Below, piece after piece: positions 53,979 through 60,515 of a stretch of DNA of 64,000 nucleotides. The notes under the pieces are model-generated. The model worked only from the letters and a program-made list of their open reading frames with translations, was not told where the DNA came from and searched no databases. The stretch's first letter is position 1. Every line of letters begins with the position of its first letter. A program made the translations under genes and the position numbers. Source of the stretch: an uncultured Gemmatimonadales bacterium (GTDB taxonomy: Bacteria > Gemmatimonadota > Gemmatimonadetes > Gemmatimonadales > GWC2-71-9); assembly GCA_963815325.1 (NCBI GenBank), contig CAWFGG010000002.1, forward strand, positions 709,472-773,471, given 5' to 3'.

Positions 53979-55841
53979 ATGGCTACCCCGGCAGCGTATC
54001 TCCCCCTCGGGACCGTGCTTGCGGATCGCTATGAGATCCTGCGGGAGATCGGCCGCGGGGGATACTCGGTCGTGTTCGCGGCCCGGGATCGCGACCTGGG
54101 CGCCGACGTCGCCATCAAACTCCTGGTGCCGCCTCCCGCGGTCGCCCACATTGCGCGGGAGCGCATGCGACGCGAGGTCCAGGCCGTCCGGGGACTGGCT
54201 CATCAACATATCGTTGCGGTCCACGATTTCGTAGAGGACGGCCCGCACAGCTTCATCGTCATGGAGTTGATCAATGGGTCCGATCTCGGCGTCCGTGTGG
54301 CTGAGCGGCAGCCGCTCGCTATCGACGAGGTCGCCCGAATCGGAGAAGAGGTGGCGGAAGCCCTGGCCTTCGCCCATGCACGCGGCGTCCTCCACCGCGA
54401 CGTCAAGCCGCAAAACATCCTGATCGACTCCGAGGGCGGGGGCCGCGCTCGCCTCACCGACTTCGGCTCAGCCAAGCTCGATGGTCAGATGACGGTGACC
54501 CAGACCGGCGGGCTGGTCGGAACGATCCCGTACAGCGCTCCCGAGGTCCTGAGTGGGCACCGCGGCGACGCGCGCGCCGACATCTATGCCCTCGGCCTGA
54601 CACTGTTCTACGCCGTGACCGGACGACTGCCTGGAAACCCAGGCTCTCGCCTCCCGCCGCCTGCCATGCCGGGCGGACACCATCCCGGCGAGTGCCGTGA
54701 CGGGGTCCCGGACTGGCTCGATCAGATCATCGCGCGCGCGACGGAGGCGGAGCCCGGCTTTCGATTCCCCGCCGCCACCGATCTCCGCGCGGCACTCGAA
54801 GCCCGCGCCGGAGGACACCTCGCCATTTCGTCGGCAGGGCCTCGGACAGTCGAGTTCTGCCTGAGCTGCGGCAGCAGCGACACGTTCGGGATGAGTCCCT
54901 GCCCGGAGTGCGGAGGGACGAGACCGAGACACGCCGACACGTTGGTCTTCGTAGTCCCTCCCGCCAAGCGGAAGGACCGGCTCGCGGTTGCCCTCAATCT
55001 TGCGGGGTTATCCCCGCACCCGGTCTCCCAGGCCGAACTCAGGCACGCCACCCGTGGACGCAGGGCCCTGGTACGCATTCCGGCGCACCGCGCGGCATCC
55101 GTGGTCAGGCACCTCACTGCCCGGGATATCCCGGTGCAAGCAGTCCCCAAGGCCCACGCCTGGGCGGCGGTTCCCCTCCCGCTCTACGCTCTGGCGGGCG
55201 CCATCGTCGTGGTCGGAAGCCTGGCCGGCATGCTCGCGTTGCCCGTTATGCTCTGGACCAGTCCGGTCGTGGCCGTGCTCCTCGTCATCGGAGGGCACCG
55301 GACCGCCCACACACCGATTCTCCACGCCGCTCGCGACAACGCTGCGAAACTCCCGCACGAACTCGCGTCCCGCGTCACTCGCACCATGGCGAGGCTCGGC
55401 CCTGGAGCGACGCGCCGCATGGTGGCGGACATTGTGACATTGGGCCAGGCTGTCCTGGCGGATTTTCCCGCGACCGATGGAAACGGCGATCAGCACGCAG
55501 ATATTATCGAACTCCTCGCACGTGTCAGCGACGTTGCCGATGACCTGGCGAATCTCGAGCGAGCCCTGGCCACGCTCGAAACCCATCGCGATCGCTTTGC
55601 CGCCGACCCCGCTCGATGGCTCGACGCGTTGTCGCAATGCGAGCGGGCGCACGATCGCCAGGTACAGCAGCTGCTCGACGTGCTTTCGATCCTGGCCCGA
55701 CTCAAGGCGCAGGGAACGATGTCGGACGCGACGTCGAAGGAGGAATTCGGCGAGTTGACCCGGCGGCTCGAACGAGACGCCGACGCACAGGCACTTGCAG
55801 AGGCGGAAATCGAGGAACTGCTTGCACCGGACGGTGCGTGA
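53979..55841 (+). CDS. Hanks-type Ser/Thr protein kinase with zinc-ribbon, two TM segments and a C-terminal coiled-coil region
   Basis: 'GRGGYSVVFAA', 'HRDVKPQNILI', 'DFGSAK', 'YSAPEVL'. Then 'CLSCGSSD...CPECGG'. Hydrophobic 'AAVPLPLYALAGAIVVVGSLAGMLALPVMLWTSPVVAVLLVIGG'. Confidence 0.85.
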   Translation: MATPAAYLPLGTVLADRYEILREIGRGGYSVVFAARDRDLGADVAIKLLVPPPAVAHIARERMRREVQAVRGLAHQHIVAVHDFVEDGPHSFIVMELINGSDLGVRVAERQPLAIDEVARIGEEVAEALAFAHARGVLHRDVKPQNILIDSEGGGRARLTDFGSAKLDGQMTVTQTGGLVGTIPYSAPEVLSGHRGDARADIYALGLTLFYAVTGRLPGNPGSRLPPPAMPGGHHPGECRDGVPDWLDQIIARATEAEPGFRFPAATDLRAALEARAGGHLAISSAGPRTVEFCLSCGSSDTFGMSPCPECGGTRPRHADTLVFVVPPAKRKDRLAVALNLAGLSPHPVSQAELRHATRGRRALVRIPAHRAASVVRHLTARDIPVQAVPKAHAWAAVPLPLYALAGAIVVVGSLAGMLALPVMLWTSPVVAVLLVIGGHRTAHTPILHAARDNAAKLPHELASRVTRTMARLGPGATRRMVADIVTLGQAVLADFPATDGNGDQHADIIELLARVSDVADDLANLERALATLETHRDRFAADPARWLDALSQCERAHDRQVQQLLDVLSILARLKAQGTMSDATSKEEFGELTRRLERDADAQALAEAEIEELLAPDGA

Positions 55842-55940
55842 GGAGAAGAGCGGCGCGACTTCTCTTGACATCCCCACCGACTTTGCGTTCTAGTTCTCCT
55901 GCCAGCCCAACTTTCCACCGCCACCACACCGGTTCGACTC

Positions 55941-56675
55941 GTGACTGCTGATCACCCGCTGCTTGCCGTCATTTGGGACTTCGACGGGACTCTCATCGAC
56001 ACGCACGCGAAGAACCTGAACGTCACGCGGACAATCTTCGCGCTCCTCACCGGAAGGGATCCGGACGGCGTTCCAGCACTTACGTCCGTCGAAACGTACG
56101 GTCGGCTGATTCGAAAGACGTCGAACTGGCGGACGCTCTATATGGACGAGTTCGGGTTTAGCGCCGAGCAGACCGATCAGGCCGGTAACCTCTGGGCCGA
56201 GTATCAGTTGAGGGATGGCACTCCCGCCCTCCTCTATCCGGGCATTCCGGAGGTGGTGCAGGCCCTCGCCCACACCCCGCAAGGCATCTTCTCCCAAAAC
56301 AGCCGCGAGACCATTTCAGGGGTGTTGAAGCGAGAGCGCCTCGCCGGGCATTTTCGGATGATCGTGGGGTACGAGGAAGTATCCTGGGAGAAACAGAAGC
56401 CGGAGCCGGACGGGCTGCTCGCATGCATCGAGGCGCTCACCGACCGTACCGCCGGCTCTGTGTTGTACGTCGGCGACCACGAAACCGACGCCCGCTGCGG
56501 ACAGAACAGCAATCGCGCATTGGCATTGCGGGGCGTGGATATCCGAGTCCGGGTGGTCGGTGCGGCGTATGGGGGCGGAGCTCCCGAAGATTGGACCTCG
56601 GGCGTTGACCACACCGCGACGACGGCCCACGACGTCCTTGCGATCGCGCACCACTACGCGGGCACCAATCGCTAG
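55941..56675 (+). CDS. HAD-superfamily hydrolase (phosphoglycolate-phosphatase-like)
   Basis: GTG start. Motif I 'VIWDFDGTLID', 'GIFSQNS', 'YVGDHETD'. Confidence 0.75.
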   Translation: MTADHPLLAVIWDFDGTLIDTHAKNLNVTRTIFALLTGRDPDGVPALTSVETYGRLIRKTSNWRTLYMDEFGFSAEQTDQAGNLWAEYQLRDGTPALLYPGIPEVVQALAHTPQGIFSQNSRETISGVLKRERLAGHFRMIVGYEEVSWEKQKPEPDGLLACIEALTDRTAGSVLYVGDHETDARCGQNSNRALALRGVDIRVRVVGAAYGGGAPEDWTSGVDHTATTAHDVLAIAHHYAGTNR

Positions 56676-56698
56676 CGCTGAGGCGAGACTCTGGAATG

Positions 56699-56731
56699 AC
56701 GAAAGCCCCGTCCAGCGACGGGGCTTTCGTT
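56699..56731. terminator. bidirectional intrinsic terminator
   Basis: Perfect 14-bp stem 'acgaaagccccgtc'/'gacggggctttcgt' with loop 'cagc'. Lies between convergent genes. Confidence 0.65.
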
Positions 56732-56757
56732 CACCCTCGGGCCCGCGAAGGTCCGAT

Positions 56758-57204
56758 CTATAGAGGGAATTCGCGCCGCGCGGTGTTGCCGCGGGCGTCC
56801 TTGTAGCTCATGATGCCGCGCCGCACGCCGGCCTGGAACACGGCGACAATGCCCGAACCGCACGTGACCCGGGCAATCACGGTCTCCTGGGAGCCGGTCG
56901 AGCGGCGGCGCAGCGCCTCCCGAACCGCCACCGCCCGGCACACTTCATCCGAGTCGGTGTGGAAGCGAAGCTCGCACACGGTGGCTGCCGCGCCTGGCTG
57001 GCAGTCCACCCTGAGGCCCTGTTCGGGGATCTCCGCCAGACGTGTGGCGGGAATGCCCAGGCGCCTGAGGACATCGGGTGTGTCAGGGTCACCGGCCTGG
57101 CCGGCAAGCAGCCGGGGTGTCCCCAGAGCGATACAGATGATCGATAGCGCGACGGCCTTCAGGCCCATCGAGCCTCGTTTTTGCCCGTTCGGTATGCAGA
57201 ACAT
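56758..57204 (-). CDS. small secreted Cys-containing protein of unknown function
   Basis: ATG 57204 behind 'ggagg'. Hydrophobic N-terminus 'MGLKAVALSIICIALGTPRLLAG'. Four Cys residues. Confidence 0.5.
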   Translation of the reverse strand: MFCIPNGQKRGSMGLKAVALSIICIALGTPRLLAGQAGDPDTPDVLRRLGIPATRLAEIPEQGLRVDCQPGAAATVCELRFHTDSDEVCRAVAVREALRRRSTGSQETVIARVTCGSGIVAVFQAGVRRGIMSYKDARGNTARREFPL

Positions 57205-57412
57205 TGCACTCCTCCCTTCCAGGGCGGTCCAACACCATAGGGTAGGGGCAAGGGGCATACCGTGACCGTGATTACTTCGGGTTATATTCGGTGTTCCAGG
57301 ACGAGCCTGGCTCGAGCGGCTGAGGAGGTAGTGAAACGGGATCTCTTTACCCATATTGGCAGTGCGCCGTCCGTTGGCGCACCGGTGTCCGCGCCCAATG
57401 TGTCCCCGAACC

Positions 57413-57426
57413 AAGGAGGTGATCCA
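57413..57426 (+). promoter_or_regulatory. extended Shine-Dalgarno 'aaggaggtgatcca' (14 nt complementary to the canonical 16S rRNA 3' end)
   Basis: Read directly. The reverse complement 'tggatcacctcctt' equals the conserved bacterial 16S 3' terminus (established knowledge). A TTG follows at optimal spacing. Confidence 0.45.
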
Positions 57427-57489
57427 TTGTCTAGTCCGTGTACCGTCTGCGTCCCGGCATGGGCAAGCGATCGCCGTCTCGGTAGCTAA
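57427..57489 (+). CDS. candidate 20-codon mini-ORF 'MSSPCTVCVPAWASDRRLGS'
   Basis: TTG 7 nt after the GGAGG core, TAA at 57487-57489. In frame with track ORF 57262-57489. Very short and speculative. Confidence 0.2.
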   Translation: MSSPCTVCVPAWASDRRLGS

Positions 57490-57555
57490 CGGGTAGCAAT
57501 CGCGAATCTCCGCGACGTTCGGTGCCGATCGGCATCGTGCCGGGTCGCAGAGGTG

Positions 57556-57592
57556 AAGAAGCGCCGTGGCCACTCGAGCCTCGGCGCTTCTT
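57556..57592 (+). terminator. strong hairpin in the long intergenic region
   Basis: 11-bp stem 'aagaagcgccg'/'cggcgcttctt' with a 15-nt loop, followed by 'gtgt'. Could terminate a short transcript. Confidence 0.3.
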
Positions 57593-57740
57593 GTGTCGAC
57601 GGACCGGCCTCGCGGGGGACTGGCGCAGGGCCAGGACCATGTTATTCCTTCATCCGCTCACGAGCGACCATGCCGGCCACGTGGGAGCGGGGGCCGACGT
57701 CATACATCATCTCCCTACAATTCGGTGTTGTGGAGGCAGT

Positions 57741-58322
57741 ATGTTTTCGAAGTCGCTGCATACCGTGGCGGCGGTAGGTGCCCTCATGTTCCTGGCCGGC
57801 TGCGCCAACCAACGTGTGCCAGCCGAGGCCGCCCTCCAGGCGGCAGAGCAGGCCGTGGCGGCGGTACGCCCCGAGGCCGAGCAGTATGCTTCGGACGGCC
57901 TGAAGGCGGTGGACGACGAGCTCGCGTTCATCAAGGAGAGCATGGACGAGAAGAAGTACGGAGCCGCCATGAGCGCGGCCAAGGACTTGACCGCCAAGGT
58001 CACAAAGCTGGAGCAGGCGGTGACGGCCAAGAAGGACGAGCTGACCCAGGGCTGGGGTCCGATGGCCGACAGCCTGACCACCATGGTCGGTCAGCTGGAG
58101 GCGCGGGTGGCCCAGCTCGCGTCGTCCCGCCGCCTGCCGGCCGGGATGACCAAGGGTCAGGTTTCCGAGGCCCAAGCATCAGTTCAACAGCTCAAGGATT
58201 CGTGGACCCAGGCCGCGGAGAGCTTCAAGGGCGGTAAGCTTGCCGAGGCCGTGACCATGGCCGCGAGCGTCAAGTCGAAGGCAGCCGAGCTGATGAACAA
58301 GCTCGGGTCGACGGGCGCCTGA
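57741..58322 (+). CDS. alpha-helical lipoprotein of unknown function
   Basis: ATG behind 'ggagg'. Lipobox 'FLAGC'. Ala/Lys/Glu-rich helical sequence. Confidence 0.65.
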   Translation: MFSKSLHTVAAVGALMFLAGCANQRVPAEAALQAAEQAVAAVRPEAEQYASDGLKAVDDELAFIKESMDEKKYGAAMSAAKDLTAKVTKLEQAVTAKKDELTQGWGPMADSLTTMVGQLEARVAQLASSRRLPAGMTKGQVSEAQASVQQLKDSWTQAAESFKGGKLAEAVTMAASVKSKAAELMNKLGSTGA

Positions 58323-58351
58323 CCTAGACCGAAGAGATGTCGCAGCTGGGG

Positions 58352-58386
58352 ACGCGGGGCCCAGCCTACCAGGCTGGGCCCCGCGT
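58352..58386. terminator. hairpin between convergent genes
   Basis: Perfect 16-bp stem 'acgcggggcccagcct'/'aggctgggccccgcgt' with loop 'acc'. Confidence 0.55.
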
Positions 58387-58392
58387 TCGTCA

Positions 58393-58677
58393 CTACCCCT
58401 GACGCAGAAGCGCCAGCTTGCGCGCGCGGGAGAGCCGCTTGATCTCGGCCTCGCGTTTGAGCGCCGCGGAACGGCTCGGGCTGTGTTCCCGATATACCAC
58501 CGAGACCGGTGTGCGGGCTCGGGTGTACTTGGACGCGGTTCCGTCCCGGTGTGCCGCGAGCCGCTGGGCGACGTCCCGAGCGATCCCGGTGTACAGCGAG
58601 CCGTCGCGGCACTCGAGCATGTAAACCCACCAGCCGTCGGCCTTCACCCGGCTGGTGGCCACCGGCTTCCGGATCAC
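58393..58677 (-). CDS. small GIY-YIG nuclease-family protein (UPF0213/YhbQ-like)
   Basis: GTG 58677 overlaps the upstream TGA (GTGA). 'WWVYMLECRDGSLYTGIARDVAQRLAAH...KYTRARTPVSVVY...REAEIKRLSRARK'. Confidence 0.8.
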   Translation of the reverse strand: MIRKPVATSRVKADGWWVYMLECRDGSLYTGIARDVAQRLAAHRDGTASKYTRARTPVSVVYREHSPSRSAALKREAEIKRLSRARKLALLRQG

Positions 58678-59435
58678 TCGGGCTGGGTGAGCGCCCGAAC
58701 TTCGTCGGGCAACGCGAACATCGAGTCCGGCACTTCGCCGCTCTCCATGCTGGTAAAGGTCATGATCTGCTCCATGCCCATGACCCGCTGCACCGTCTTG
58801 TGCGGCAGCAGTACCCCACCCACGGGCTGCCAATCCGACACGAGCGACGTGGCTTCCATATCGCCCATCGCGGTCGAGCGGGTTCGGACAGAGCCCACGA
58901 GAAGACCGGTCGTGCGATCGAAGAAGTCGAAATATTCCTCGCCACCCGCGGTGGTTACCTTCACGCGGTAACAGGGGGTGCCCTCGAACTCCTCCTCGCC
59001 GATGGTCTCGACCGCCGCGAAGAGCCGCTTGGGATAGAGCATGCTGTAGAAATCGGCGCTTTGCTGCATCTGCTGGAGGGACAGCCCATCGAGAAGCATG
59101 GGTCCTTCCATCGGATTGAGCGTCCAACCGACCGTTCCGTCGTAGCCATTCTTGACGGTAACCATCCCGGGGATCACGACCGTGACGGCCAGCTTGTTCG
59201 GGGCCTTCGCATATACCTCGAGATCACCGACGACACCTTGGGCCGGCACCTCGAGGCGACCCGTCACATGGCGCGCGGTCTGCTGCATGACGGCCGCTTC
59301 GCCGCCAACGGCCTCGACGAACCGGCGGATGACGGCGGGCCCATCGGGCAACGTTGCCCCCTGGGCGACAACCGTCGTGGGGAGCAGGGCAAGCAACAGG
59401 GCACCGGGTACCAACTGCACGCGAAGCTTCATCAT
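58674..59435 (-). CDS. secreted LolA-like / lipoprotein-sorting-fold protein
   Basis: ATG 59435 behind 'aaggag'. Signal 'MMKLRVQLVPGALLLALLPTTVVAQG'. Fold call is a weak by-eye impression. Confidence 0.5.
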   Translation of the reverse strand: MMKLRVQLVPGALLLALLPTTVVAQGATLPDGPAVIRRFVEAVGGEAAVMQQTARHVTGRLEVPAQGVVGDLEVYAKAPNKLAVTVVIPGMVTVKNGYDGTVGWTLNPMEGPMLLDGLSLQQMQQSADFYSMLYPKRLFAAVETIGEEEFEGTPCYRVKVTTAGGEEYFDFFDRTTGLLVGSVRTRSTAMGDMEATSLVSDWQPVGGVLLPHKTVQRVMGMEQIMTFTSMESGEVPDSMFALPDEVRALTQPE

Positions 59436-59729
59436 AAGTAAAGACTCCTTCATAGTCTCTTCGGGCGTCGTCGCGTAATCCAAACAGCCGTTCCACAGAT
59501 ACGCCGAAAACGCCGGCAAGTTTCAACGTCGAGAACCTCGGGATCTCGAAACCCACCCCGAACGAGAGCATCGGAGCTGCCGCCAATCCCGGCCGAAGGG
59601 TAATGAATCCCTGCCGTGGCGCCAAGGAACACGGGAGTGGTGCCGGTGCGGCTCACGACTATCTTCCACACTGCGGCCGATTCGGAGTTCGATCGTGCCG
59701 GCATCCGTGCATATCATGGAGGAGTGGCA

Positions 59730-60515
59730 ATGGTACAGCGCACAACACTCGTGAGCGCCGGGTTTGTGTTCAGTCTTCTCGCAATCCCTGGTGTCGCGTC
59801 GAGCCAGGCTCCGCCCACTCAGGTCATGGTCCGTGTCACCTCCCACGATGCGAAGATCATCGGGTCGGGCGTCGGCGGGGCGACGGTGACGATTCGCGAC
59901 GCCGTGACCGGACAGGTTCTCGCCCTCGGCAAACAGGAGGGCTCGACCGGTGACACCCGCCGCATCATGACCGAGCCGCGCGTGCGGGGCGGCACCGTCT
60001 TCGATACCGAGGGCGCTGCGGGGTTCCTCGCCACGCTCGAACTCGACGAGCCGACCCTGGTGGAGATCAGCGCGGAAGGCCCCCTCGGCACTCCGCATGC
60101 CAGTCAGCGGGCCTCGAAGACGATGCTCCTCGTACCCGGCAAGGACGTATTGGGCGAAGGCGTCATCCTCGAACTCATGGGCTTTACGGTGGTCCTGGAG
60201 GCGCCGAGCGACACAGGATCGGTGAAGGCGGGCCAGACATTCGAGGTGCGCGCGAGCGTGACGATGCTGTGCGGCTGCCCCACCGAGCCCGGCGGACTGT
60301 GGAACGCGGACGATATCGAGATCGTGGCGGTCCTCAAGCGCGCGACGCACGTCTTGACGACGGTGCCGCTCGCGTACGCGGGGAAGCGGAATACCTACCA
60401 TGCGACGGTCGTGGTGGACCAGCCGGGGCCACTGCTGATCCAGGTGTTGGCGATGAATCCGGCCACGGCCAACTTCGGCATGGCCACAGGCGCCCTCGAC
60501 GTGCTGCCGCGTTGA
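59730..60515 (+). CDS. secreted hypothetical protein (Ig-like/beta-sandwich impression)
   Basis: ATG behind 'ggaggag'. Signal 'MVQRTTLVSAGFVFSLLAIPGVASSQA'. Confidence 0.55.
   Translation: MVQRTTLVSAGFVFSLLAIPGVASSQAPPTQVMVRVTSHDAKIIGSGVGGATVTIRDAVTGQVLALGKQEGSTGDTRRIMTEPRVRGGTVFDTEGAAGFLATLELDEPTLVEISAEGPLGTPHASQRASKTMLLVPGKDVLGEGVILELMGFTVVLEAPSDTGSVKAGQTFEVRASVTMLCGCPTEPGGLWNADDIEIVAVLKRATHVLTTVPLAYAGKRNTYHATVVVDQPGPLLIQVLAMNPATANFGMATGALDVLPR

Noticed and set aside
55925-55945. tRNA-like T-arm 'ggttcgactc'.
   Set aside because: No acceptor, anticodon or D-arm complementarity surrounds it. It overlaps the start of the HAD hydrolase gene.
57413-57426. A 16S rRNA gene fragment.
   Set aside because: Only 14 nt match, they are in the complementary sense, and the flanks have no rRNA-like sequence. 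It was interpreted as an extended SD instead.
57240-57740. Known structured RNAs (RNase P, tmRNA, SRP/4.5S, 6S, common riboswitches) in the long intergenic region.
   Set aside because: I could not find the hallmark conserved strings by eye, for example the 'GAGGAAAGUCC' P4 of RNase P or the tmRNA 'UCCACCA' end and tag ORF. This needs a covariance-model scan before any such call.
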